Assembly (NCBI GenBank): GCA_034003955.1
Contig: JAVEXO010000001.1
Coordinates: 72,756 to 136,755, forward strand
Length of the DNA: 64,000 nucleotides
Source of the DNA: Spirochaetia bacterium
Lineage (GTDB): Bacteria > Spirochaetota > Spirochaetia > Treponematales > UBA12059
Reading direction: 5' to 3'
Shown: positions 9,170 to 17,365 of the stretch, piece by piece
Numbering within the stretch: position 1 is the stretch's first letter
Layout of the letters: every line of letters starts with the position of its first letter
Program-made: the position numbers and the translations under genes
The notes under the pieces: model-generated
Told to the model about the DNA's origin: nothing
Database searches by the model: none
What the model saw: only the letters and a program-made list of their open reading frames with translations

Positions 9170-10450
9170 ATGAAACAGTACCATATTGAAGGCGGCCACC
9201 CTCTCAAGGGCCGCATTCGTGCGAGTGGCAACAAGAACGCCGCTCTGCCCTGCATCGCGGCTGCCCTCTTGTCTGAGGAGCCCGTCACGCTCAGGAATAT
9301 TCCAGAGATAGAAGACGTCCTTGTGATGCTCGACATCTGTAGGGCCCTGGGTGCCACAGTTGAACGCCTGGAGCCGGATGCCTGGAAGATAGACGGCTCC
9401 ACCATACGGGTGGCAGATGTTCCAGCCCCTCTTGCGGCCAAGGTGAGGGCATCAATCCTGTTCGCAGGCCCTCTCTTGGCCAGGTTCGGGAAGGTAACGC
9501 TTCCGCCTCCAGGTGGAGACGTCATTGGCCGGCGCAGGCTCGATACGCATTTCCTGGCACTCGAGGAGCTCGGTGCCCGCATCGAGGTGGATGGAGCCTT
9601 CCTGTTTACAGCCAACAAGCTCAAGGGCGCCGACATCTTCCTCGATGAAGCCTCCGTTACGGCTACAGAAAATGCCGTGATGGCTGCCGCCTTGGCAGAA
9701 GGCCGCACCGTAATCCGCAATGCTGCGAGCGAGCCCCATGTACAGGACGTATGCAAGCTGGTTCAGGCCATGGGAGGACTCGTGTCGGGCATTGGCTCCA
9801 ACATCCTGACCATAGACGGCGTCCAGTCATTGCACGGAGCCGATTTTGCCATAGGACCAGACTTCATGGAGGTTGGCTCGTTCATAGGCCTTGCGGCTGT
9901 TACCAGGGGAGATATCGTCATAGAAGGCGTGGTTCCAGACGACCTGCGCATGATGAAGATAGCCTTTAATAGGCTGGGTATAGGCTGGAGCATTGATGGT
10001 AGCGACCTGTCGGTACATTCTGGTCAGACGCTACGTGTCGTGCCAGACCTTGGCGGTCAGATACCCAAGATAGACGATGCCCCCTGGCCAGGATTCCCGC
10101 CGGATCTCACATCCATCATGACAGTGGTGGCTACCCAGGCAGAAGGAACGGTCCTCATCCATGAGAAGATGTTCGAGTCACGCATGTTCTGGGTTGACAA
10201 GCTGATTGGTATGGGAGCCCGCATCGTCCTGTGCGATCCCCATAGGGCCGTCGTGTCCGGTCCTTCCCGGCTCAGGGGTGACTCTTTAACCTCTCCCGAT
10301 GTTCGAGCCGGCATGGCCCTGGTCATCGCCGCCCTGTGTGCAGAGGGAACGAGCGTCATCAAGAATGTGTATCAGATAGAGCGTGGCTACGAGCACATCA
10401 CCGAGCGTTTGCAAAAACTTGGAGCCAGGATACAGCGGCAGGACGAGTAG
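9170..10450 (+). CDS. murA: UDP-N-acetylglucosamine 1-carboxyvinyltransferase
   Basis: MKQYHIEGGHPLKGRIRASGNKNAALP; active-site loop PPGGDVIGRRRLD; 426 aa EPT-family length. Confidence 0.92.
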   Translation: MKQYHIEGGHPLKGRIRASGNKNAALPCIAAALLSEEPVTLRNIPEIEDVLVMLDICRALGATVERLEPDAWKIDGSTIRVADVPAPLAAKVRASILFAGPLLARFGKVTLPPPGGDVIGRRRLDTHFLALEELGARIEVDGAFLFTANKLKGADIFLDEASVTATENAVMAAALAEGRTVIRNAASEPHVQDVCKLVQAMGGLVSGIGSNILTIDGVQSLHGADFAIGPDFMEVGSFIGLAAVTRGDIVIEGVVPDDLRMMKIAFNRLGIGWSIDGSDLSVHSGQTLRVVPDLGGQIPKIDDAPWPGFPPDLTSIMTVVATQAEGTVLIHEKMFESRMFWVDKLIGMGARIVLCDPHRAVVSGPSRLRGDSLTSPDVRAGMALVIAALCAEGTSVIKNVYQIERGYEHITERLQKLGARIQRQDE

Positions 10451-10456
10451 GAAGCC

Positions 10457-12217
10457 TTATTTAAGGGTCCGGCCCGCTATGCGGGCCGCGACCAACAAGC
10501 TGGCGACTACGCAGGCTCCCATGAACCCCAACCATGCCGGCAGGAAGGCCGATACTGGTATCCATGTTGCAAAGGCATTGGCAATAATGGTTTCAACGCT
10601 TCCTGTCAGCTTCAGCGGTGCCAGCGCCAGCGCTACCAGGATAGGCGCGGTCAGATATCTATTAAGGCTACCTATTGGCTCTCGCGGTTTGAATCGTACT
10701 CCCAGCCCTGCGCCTATCAACACGAGCATTATTACCGCGAAGGGGTAAGCCGCCCTGGCACCAAGCTCCGCAAGCAAAGGTTTTGTGTCTATGCCGAGCC
10801 TTTGAGCCTTGGCTATGCCAAGAGTTCGAGTCTTTTCTAATTTAGGAGTTTGAGTCTTTTCTGGGGCAGGAGTTTGAGTCTTGTATGAGCCTGTGACGAG
10901 CACTATGAGGGGGATGTCCTCCGGGGCTCCCGATAGTATCAGCGCCAGCTCGGCGTCTTCCTGGGTAAATGGCACCGTTATGGCAAAGCCAGGGTCTCCG
11001 GCTACCTTGCCGGCTTCGTAGTCTGGCTCCCATACTAAATGAGGCTTGAGCCTGTCTATCGCCCGCAGGATGAGTGTGTTGCCATGAAGCCTGGCATAGG
11101 GCGCACTGAGGATGACCCTGGTATCACCGCTTATGCTTAGTGACAGATCGCTGAAGTAGACGGCGTTTTCTGAAGCGGTCGCGCGTGAAGCTGAGATTAC
11201 GGCCAGACTTGAGCCCGTGCCAGCAAGGGATATCGAAAACTGCTTCCCACCAGAACGTGAGAAGGCTGTGTTCAGTTCCTCCAGAAAGAAGGCTATGCTC
11301 GATAGCCCCTCGGTGCTCCTTGCCAGATATGTCTTTGTTTCTTCATCGTCAGGATTCTCTGCGGCTAGTTCCAGGTAGATCCTATAGGCCTCCAGATAGT
11401 CGCCTTCCTGGAAGCGAGTATAACCATCCAGTTTACGCTTATAGACCTTTGCCTCGGCTTCAGCCTCTGCCGACGGGCCAAGCCTCTGAAGATCGCGCCA
11501 CGTCTCATCTACGAGTCTCATCACCTCGGGGCGCTTTGAGTAAATGGCTGCCGAACGTTTAGCCAGGTAGTGGGCATCGAAGAATCTGCCTGCGGCCCTG
11601 GCATCGAGGGCTTCTAGGTAGAAGCGATTCCCGGCTAGCCAAGCCTTGTCGTCGGCCTGGATTGAATCTGTTGGAGGGGCTGATGATTCTCTTTGAGATC
11701 GTTCCTGGATTATCATGGAGCGAACAGCGTTATTGAGCGTTTCATAGCCTTTATCAAGCTGGTCGACCGTGGCACAGACCTGCAGGTACCTTTCGGCCTC
11801 ATCGTATTTGCCTGCTTTTTTTGCCGCTTCTGCCTTCTTGAGTGACTCGTTGAACAGTTGGCTCTGGCTCTCATACCTGTTCTTGCGCTCTTCCAGCCCA
11901 GGTACGATAAGGAGATAGAAGAGAGAGACGATGAGGGCTAATGCAAGAGCTGGTGCCATGATTCTGTAGGCTTCACCAGCAAAACCGTCACTTGCAGAAG
12001 ACGATTCCATGGCTATGGCAGAGGCGACGAGAAGAACAGCCGGCGCCCATGCGGCAATGTATAGAAGCGCCTGGTTCAGTTCCCAGCGCAACTTAAAGAT
12101 ATGCAGCAGTTCATTTGAAGGGCCAATATTAAACAGAGCGGTAAAGAACCCCGCCACAAAAGACATTGCCAGTAATGCGGCTGCTACTCCTAGAAAGCCA
12201 GAATTTGTTTTAGGCAT
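10457..12217 (-). CDS. LptF/LptG (YjgP/YjgQ)-like permease-family membrane protein with a helical TPR-like insertion
   Basis: 3 TM, then ~330 soluble aa (helical repeats such as AGKYDEAERYLQVCATVDQ and FQEGDYLEAYRIYLELAAENPDD, followed by beta-rich FSISLAGTGSSLAVISASRA...), then 3 TM. The C-terminal pattern RAAYPFAVIMLVLIGAGLGVRFKPRE resembles LptF/G. Start set at ATG 12217, an 8-nt overlap with the upstream gene. Confidence 0.45.
   Translation of the reverse strand: MPKTNSGFLGVAAALLAMSFVAGFFTALFNIGPSNELLHIFKLRWELNQALLYIAAWAPAVLLVASAIAMESSSASDGFAGEAYRIMAPALALALIVSLFYLLIVPGLEERKNRYESQSQLFNESLKKAEAAKKAGKYDEAERYLQVCATVDQLDKGYETLNNAVRSMIIQERSQRESSAPPTDSIQADDKAWLAGNRFYLEALDARAAGRFFDAHYLAKRSAAIYSKRPEVMRLVDETWRDLQRLGPSAEAEAEAKVYKRKLDGYTRFQEGDYLEAYRIYLELAAENPDDEETKTYLARSTEGLSSIAFFLEELNTAFSRSGGKQFSISLAGTGSSLAVISASRATASENAVYFSDLSLSISGDTRVILSAPYARLHGNTLILRAIDRLKPHLVWEPDYEAGKVAGDPGFAITVPFTQEDAELALILSGAPEDIPLIVLVTGSYKTQTPAPEKTQTPKLEKTRTLGIAKAQRLGIDTKPLLAELGARAAYPFAVIMLVLIGAGLGVRFKPREPIGSLNRYLTAPILVALALAPLKLTGSVETIIANAFATWIPVSAFLPAWLGFMGACVVASLLVAARIAGRTLK
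10821..10892. repeat. imperfect 24-bp x3 in-frame tandem repeat (encodes KTQTPAPE/KTQTPKLE/KTRTLGIA)
   Basis: GAGTT(C/T)GAGTCTT recurs at 10822, 10846 and 10870 (period 24). Confidence 0.8.
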
Positions 12218-12914
12218 TGCGGCTAGCTCCCTCGGGTTTTGTCGCCAACAAGGCATCGAGCAAGAAGAGGGCCAAGGCGCTTGCCCCCGACAGGATGGCT
12301 GTAGAAAGGAGCCTGGGGATTTCTACGTCCAGGAACGAGAAGAGAGCGTCAGCCGGGCCCGATAGATAGAGCCCGAAAAGGTATACGGCTAAGATCGCCG
12401 CGCTTGGTGCTATGAATGCTCCCAGGAGCGGCCTGTTTCTGGATAGTCTCGTACTACCCCAGAAGGCAGACGAAAACAAGGCAAAAGAGGCGATGCCAGC
12501 TACAGCTGTAGGCCAAGGGGCCAGTGCTATATCGCGCATCCACCTGGCTATTGGAATGTATGCATCGGGGAGCGACAAGAAGCCATCGGCTATGGCCACT
12601 ATGCCAAAACGGATGAGCAAGGACGTGGCAACCATTGTCATGCCTGCGATCACTGAGATCATGATGTAACCGAGTAGCCGGGAATGTATGAGTCTATTGA
12701 GCAGGAAGAATGTAATAAAGGCAGCCGACACTATTGCTAAGGGTATGGATGCCATGAGTATCTGTATTGCGCGTGGTACAATGTCTTGTGTTCCTGTATC
12801 CAAGACTACGCCACTCATCCATATGACTGAGGCAATCATCATGGTAGCGAAGAAGGCGATCAGGAATCGCAGGGTAATCTTGCCTACTGTCTTCATTGGG
12901 GAAAACTGTAGCAT
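12210..12914 (-). CDS. six-TM integral membrane protein, translationally coupled to the LptF/G-like gene; start uncertain
   Basis: ORF track gives 12210..12986, which starts at TTG. The first ATGs are at 12914 (MLQFSP) and 12896 (MKTVGK). About six hydrophobic spans and no soluble domain. Confidence 0.5.
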   Translation of the reverse strand: MLQFSPMKTVGKITLRFLIAFFATMMIASVIWMSGVVLDTGTQDIVPRAIQILMASIPLAIVSAAFITFFLLNRLIHSRLLGYIMISVIAGMTMVATSLLIRFGIVAIADGFLSLPDAYIPIARWMRDIALAPWPTAVAGIASFALFSSAFWGSTRLSRNRPLLGAFIAPSAAILAVYLFGLYLSGPADALFSFLDVEIPRLLSTAILSGASALALFLLDALLATKPEGASRNA

Positions 12915-13223
12915 GCGCCATGGCACTTGACAAGACAAATGGAGGTTTGAAGTATAAACACAATAATATGCACAGGATATCCACAAGGCCTCGACAAAAA
13001 TAGTCGTACTGATTTTTGAGCTTTTGGAGCTTCCTGCTCGAAAAGGGATAGCTAATTCTATATTATGAAAATTAATTACATATTATAAAAGCAATTAATA
13101 AATAGACTCGAGAATGATTATTGAGAACCGTGTCATTGTGCAATTTTATATACGATTAAAACACTTTGCAAAAATTTCGACACAATATATGAACAGCTTA
13201 TCCACAGCTAAGGGTAGAAACAG

Positions 13224-13244
13224 CCTTGACTCGCTTTGTCAAGG
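13224..13244 (-). terminator. hairpin overlapping the stop codon of the last psp-module gene
   Basis: CCTTGAC-TCGCTTT-GTCAAGG. On the minus strand it is followed by CTGTTTCT, then the AT-rich spacer. Confidence 0.45.
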
Positions 13245-13844
13245 TGTCAGGCGATACGAACCATGTTCGCCATGAATCTTTTCTGCCGTCTCTGGAGCTC
13301 CTATTGCTCGTAAGCTAGAGCGCAATCTGGCTATTCTCATGTCGAGAGCCCGTCCTGAGCATGTTTGCATTGCTATGCAGGAGGCAAGGGCGGACCGGGG
13401 GACCGAATGGCCCTTGTTGGCCAATAGAAGGGTCAGGAGCTTGCATGCTTGATCACTGAGCCGTATGGTCCCAGAGGGCCCAGATATTGTTGTTCCCAGC
13501 ATTGATACGGCTTCCGTGCCAAAATCGAGGCGTGCCGGGCTACGACTGTGCACCCTGGCGTAGAGCTCGGCTTCTGTCCATGGTTCTCGTATGAAATCAC
13601 TACATCCTGATTCAAAGCATTCGTTTGCCAGGTCGGAAGAGCCGCTGGCTATGATGGGAATGTGGTGACAGGCCTTGGGCTGTGACAGGAAACGGAGTGC
13701 CGGTATTATGATGGCAATTAAGTCGTCCTGCTCCGATGCAGGCGGAATTGATGGGCTAAAAAAAAGGGAGAACGGCCTGCCGTCCTCCCTCGATTCTACA
13801 ATGCTATTGTACTCCTCTTCGTTGCCTACGAAGAGGAGTCTCAC
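13239..13844 (-). CDS. OmpR/PhoB-type winged-helix regulator with a degenerate (pseudo-)receiver domain
   Basis: GTG start 1 nt after the pspA stop. The receiver-like N-terminus lacks the acidic pocket (LFVGNEEE) and the phospho-Asp (LIAIIIPAL), but keeps SGSS..GCSDFIREPWTEAELYARV. C-terminal Trans_reg_C-like LLTLLLANKGHSVPRSAL...ALDMRIARLRSSL...GSYRL. Confidence 0.7.
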   Translation of the reverse strand: MRLLFVGNEEEYNSIVESREDGRPFSLFFSPSIPPASEQDDLIAIIIPALRFLSQPKACHHIPIIASGSSDLANECFESGCSDFIREPWTEAELYARVHSRSPARLDFGTEAVSMLGTTISGPSGTIRLSDQACKLLTLLLANKGHSVPRSALASCIAMQTCSGRALDMRIARLRSSLRAIGAPETAEKIHGEHGSYRLTP

Positions 13845-13845
13845 G

Positions 13846-14544
13846 CTACGCGTCCCCGCTCGAGCCGTCGCCTATCATCTTGCGTTTAAGCTCCTCGAGC
13901 ATGAGGTCCGCACCCGCACCGGAGGCCTCTAGCTTGGCAAATTCCTTGTCAAGCGACGAGGATTGTGAAAGATCGGCTAATTCAGCATGGGCGTCTGCCC
14001 GTGCCTCAAGCTCATCTACCTTCTTTGCCATGCGGTCGAAGGTATCGAAGGCACTGGTGTTGCCGGATACACTGGCTAGGGTCTTCTGTATCTTCTCCTG
14101 GGCCTCTGCACGCTTGGCCCTGGCGACAAGGATATTCTTCTTGCGTGATGCCTCGTCTATCTTGTTCTGTAGTTGCCTGAGTGTTTCCTTTAGCTTCTCT
14201 ACTGAGGCCCTCTGGGATTCCCACTGCGGCTTGAGCTGAAGGTAGTACGTTTCGGCCTCTTGTTTGCGAAGCAGGGCTTCCTTTGCCAAGTCGTCGCGAC
14301 TCGCCTTTACGGCTATGACGGCCTTTCGTTCCCACTCTCCTGCCAGGCGTTGCTGTTCCAGGAGTTCCCGCTCTATCTTCTTTTCATCTGCTATCGCCAT
14401 GGCGACTGATTTCTTTGACTCTATCATCTGCTGGTTCATCTCTATGACCAGCTGGTTGAGCATTTTTTCTGGATTCTCAGCCTTGTTGATCATATCGTTT
14501 ATATTTGACGATATGACCGTCTTCATCCTGTCGAATATTCCCAT
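13846..14544 (-). CDS. pspA: PspA/IM30 family membrane-stress protein
   Basis: MGIFDRMKTVISSNINDMINKAENPEKMLNQLVIEMNQQM, a long coiled coil, AGGAGG SD. Confidence 0.9.
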   Translation of the reverse strand: MGIFDRMKTVISSNINDMINKAENPEKMLNQLVIEMNQQMIESKKSVAMAIADEKKIERELLEQQRLAGEWERKAVIAVKASRDDLAKEALLRKQEAETYYLQLKPQWESQRASVEKLKETLRQLQNKIDEASRKKNILVARAKRAEAQEKIQKTLASVSGNTSAFDTFDRMAKKVDELEARADAHAELADLSQSSSLDKEFAKLEASGAGADLMLEELKRKMIGDGSSGDA

Positions 14545-14562
14545 AGCCCCAGCCTCCTGTAA

Positions 14563-14946
14563 TCAGTTCCGGAACGCGCCTAGAGTGCCGTAATGCCTGG
14601 ACAGGGCCAAGCCTATGGAATCAAGCGCAGCCTCGAATTCGGGCTTATCCATCGTGTCGTATTCAAGGGTGTCGATAAGAACAACGTCCTCTGCATCCAG
14701 TCCGTAGGCTCCATGAACCATGTCGGTGCCGTTAAGTCGTAATAGTTTCTCGAAAAGCTCGGCCCTTTGGTTCCTGGGAGCCTTCATGACGAAGGCCCGC
14801 ATTATGACTATTGGCTCGTTGAGCGTTATGGTAATGCCTGGTAAGCCCTTGGAAGAGTCTTCGACGAAGAAAGCCGAAGATGACACTTCCTGGTATGATA
14901 TGTCGAGATCCATCAGATAGGACTCTATTTTATTCATGCCTGCCAT
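14563..14946 (-). CDS. small cytoplasmic protein, YbjN/T3SS-chaperone-like fold suspected
   Basis: 127 aa, AGGAGG SD. Pattern ...ITITLNEPIVIMRAFVMKAP...LLRLNGTDMVHGAYGLD..VVLIDTLEYDTMD is reminiscent of YbjN-family proteins. The assignment is weak. Confidence 0.35.
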   Translation of the reverse strand: MAGMNKIESYLMDLDISYQEVSSSAFFVEDSSKGLPGITITLNEPIVIMRAFVMKAPRNQRAELFEKLLRLNGTDMVHGAYGLDAEDVVLIDTLEYDTMDKPEFEAALDSIGLALSRHYGTLGAFRN

Positions 14947-14995
14947 CGCTTCCTCCTGGATAACTCGTGTGGATGTATACGGCTTAGAGGCGGAA

Positions 14996-15547
14996 TCAAC
15001 CCAGGAATACCTGGCCCGAGTTGTCTATGGCCAGGATAGTCTTGCATTCCGAGCATCTGAAACGTCCTGGTTTGGCTGCCTTGAGCTTCTTGGTGCAAAT
15101 CGGGCATGAGAATATCTTGGGAAACACCGTCTGAGAGCTTACCTGCGATCCTTGATGGAAATAGGCTGTAGCCTCTTCAAGGTTATCCTTGATGTTAAAG
15201 AATTGAGAAAAACCCAAGAGCTGGAATACTTCGTAGACCTTGGGTTGTATCTCCAGGAGTACTATATCGCCAGAGCGCGGCTTGACCGCCTTGAGGAAGG
15301 CCGTAAACGAACCTATGCCCGTGGACGATACGTAGTTGAGACCACCGCAATTAAAAATGAGGCGCGAGAAGCCTGAATCGATGGCTTTTCCGACACGTTT
15401 TTGAAAGAAATTCGAATTATACGTATCGATATAACCGGTTAAGAACAGTGCTAGACAGTTCTCAACATGGTCGATTTTTTGAAGCCGAATTTTGAGGCTA
15501 TCGTCCTTTTCGTCGTCGAATCCAGGAACGATATCGTTATTTGGCAT
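14996..15547 (-). CDS. STAS-domain (anti-sigma-antagonist-like) protein with a C-terminal zinc ribbon
   Basis: STAS core LIFNCGGLNYVSSTGIGSFTAFLKAV...VYEVFQLLGFSQFFNI. C-terminal CPICTKK...CSECK (CxxC..CxxC). GAGGAG SD. Confidence 0.75.
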   Translation of the reverse strand: MPNNDIVPGFDDEKDDSLKIRLQKIDHVENCLALFLTGYIDTYNSNFFQKRVGKAIDSGFSRLIFNCGGLNYVSSTGIGSFTAFLKAVKPRSGDIVLLEIQPKVYEVFQLLGFSQFFNIKDNLEEATAYFHQGSQVSSQTVFPKIFSCPICTKKLKAAKPGRFRCSECKTILAIDNSGQVFLG

Positions 15548-15600
15548 GTTTCTCCTCTTCCATTGTGAGGTCTTTTCTACTAATCGACAATTCTACGATC

Positions 15601-15629
15601 ATCATAGGCTGTCGTCAATGCCTTGTCAA
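15601..15629 (-). promoter_or_regulatory. sigma-70-like promoter of the psp module (TTGACA-N17-TATGAT)
   Basis: Minus strand: TTGACA (rc of 15624-15629), a 17-nt spacer, TATGAT (rc of 15601-15606). About 50 nt upstream of the STAS gene ATG. Confidence 0.55.
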
Positions 15630-15733
15630 ATTGAAACTGGCATAGAATTGAGCCTACTTCAAGTCTTAGACCATCTCGACATTATTCTCGGCTAAAAAAG
15701 TCGCTTTTGTTAGCCCTGACAAAAAAAAATTGT

Positions 15734-16492
15734 CTATAACGAGTACAAGCCCTCGTCTGCGACGATTATTGAACCGTTGGCAATATCCATGCCTCCGGAA
15801 AGGAGAGCCAAGGCTAGATCGGCTATTCTTGATACAGGAATGAGCCTGCCGCGGGCCGAGGTGGCCTCTAGCCTTGTTCTAGTCTCATCGTCCATGTACT
15901 CCGTGTCAACGAAACCGGGGCACAGCACGGAGCATGAAACGCCTTTGCCTGAGAATTCGGCCGCTATAGACTTTGCCAGCACCCCTATGCCTGTTTTTGC
16001 CGCCGCGTATGCCGCGTTGGACTTGAATCCTCGTATGGCATCTGTCCTGGTGCCGCCAAACAGCAATATTCGGCCAAAACCTCTGGATGCCATGGCGTTT
16101 GCTGCCTCGGTCGCGAGAGCCCCCGGTAGAGCCAGGCATCCCAAAGCGGCCATCTGCCAATCCTGGGCTGTGGTTTCGCAGAGCGGCTTATAGAGAAAAG
16201 GGCCATACGCCATGACTAGAATATCGCAGTGTCTAGACTCGGTCAGGAGGGTCTCAGGGGGTATTCCCGATGACAGATCGGCACAGAGGGCCTGAGCATT
16301 GGCGCCAAGGCTCTCTAGTTCTGTTATCCTTGCTTCTATTCGTTTTGCGTCTCTTCCGTGGACGACGAGGTTTACGCCGGCTATAGCGAGGCTTCTGGCG
16401 ATGGAGAAGCCTATGCCGCCGCTCGAGCCTACTATGAGGGCCTTGAGACCCTTGAGTGTTGAGTCCTCTACGTTTCTAGTGTTGTTCGTCAT
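15734..16492 (-). CDS. short-chain dehydrogenase/reductase (SDR) family oxidoreductase
   Basis: VGSSGGIGFSIA (TGxxxGxG-type motif) and the catalytic YAAAKTG (YxxxK). Confidence 0.85.
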   Translation of the reverse strand: MTNNTRNVEDSTLKGLKALIVGSSGGIGFSIARSLAIAGVNLVVHGRDAKRIEARITELESLGANAQALCADLSSGIPPETLLTESRHCDILVMAYGPFLYKPLCETTAQDWQMAALGCLALPGALATEAANAMASRGFGRILLFGGTRTDAIRGFKSNAAYAAAKTGIGVLAKSIAAEFSGKGVSCSVLCPGFVDTEYMDDETRTRLEATSARGRLIPVSRIADLALALLSGGMDIANGSIIVADEGLYSL

Positions 16493-16562
16493 CGAAGCAT
16501 CTATTATAGTCGCTCCGTTGCATCAGGTAAACAGTATGCTATTCTGAAGGTCTAAGGGGCGT

Positions 16563-17300
16563 ATGATGGATTCAAGCGGTTTAAGTAAATACGCCGTGCT
16601 CTTATGCCGCGTTGAAGGATCCATAAACGTGGGTGCGGCCTGCCGGGCCATGAAGGTCATGGGCATATCACGGCTCGTGTTGGCAGCCTGCCCCGAATAC
16701 ATTGATGTCGATGTCAGAATGCATGCGCTCCATGCATACGATGTGTATGAACAGGCAGAGCGCTATTCTAGTCTTGATCTGGCGCTTGCAGACTTCTCCC
16801 TGGCCGCCGGCTTTACCCGTAGAACAGGCCAAAAGCGCAAGGAGAACGTCTCCGTTGAGTCATTTGCAGCGACCCTGCCCAACCGTGTAGGGAATGTGGC
16901 CCTCGTGTTTGGTAACGAGAGGAACGGCTTGTCAGATGAAGAGTTATCGCTTTGCGACGAGGCTGTGAGTATAGCCAGTTCAAGGTTGTTCCCCTCTCTG
17001 AACCTGTCTCATGCGGTACAGATAGCCTGCTGGGAACTGAGCAAGAACCTTGCCGCAGCAAGCACCGTTTCTCGAGAGTCAGCTTCCAGGCGGCTTGTAG
17101 CCTCAAGGGCACAGGTAGAAGGAGCCGCCCATGACATGGCCGATGCCATGCAGAAGGCAGGTCTTTACAAACTTGCAGGGAGACCAGAGACAGAAGTGTT
17201 TATCCGCAGTGTCGCCATGCGAGCCGGCTTGTCCCGCTCCGAGCTGAAGCGCATGACGTCGTTGTTTGTAAAGCTTGGAGCCCTGTCCGGTCGAACTTGA
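16563..17300 (+). CDS. SpoU/TrmH-family RNA 2'-O-methyltransferase (TrmJ-like)
   Basis: LVFGNERNGLSDEEL and SLNLSHAVQIACWEL motifs, plus a C-terminal extension as in TrmJ. Confidence 0.75.
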   Translation: MMDSSGLSKYAVLLCRVEGSINVGAACRAMKVMGISRLVLAACPEYIDVDVRMHALHAYDVYEQAERYSSLDLALADFSLAAGFTRRTGQKRKENVSVESFAATLPNRVGNVALVFGNERNGLSDEELSLCDEAVSIASSRLFPSLNLSHAVQIACWELSKNLAAASTVSRESASRRLVASRAQVEGAAHDMADAMQKAGLYKLAGRPETEVFIRSVAMRAGLSRSELKRMTSLFVKLGALSGRT

Positions 17301-17365
17301 CCGCAGGCCTAGTCGACAGTAGGCTTTGTAGCGGGTCATGCTGTGGTGGATGTATGGAGGACGAC

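Noticed and set aside
9047-9199. The 51-codon N-terminal extension of the fhs ORF (track start 9199), which overlaps the murA start.
   Set aside because: Homology-like sequence and a strong AAAGGAGG SD begin at ATG 9046. The extension has no family resemblance and would overlap the divergent murA gene.
15548-15733. A sigma-54 promoter upstream of the psp module, by analogy with E. coli pspA.
   Set aside because: There is no GG-N10-GC element in the correct orientation. A near-consensus sigma-70 promoter (TTGACA-N17-TATGAT) is present instead. The TGGCAT at about 15638 is on the wrong strand.
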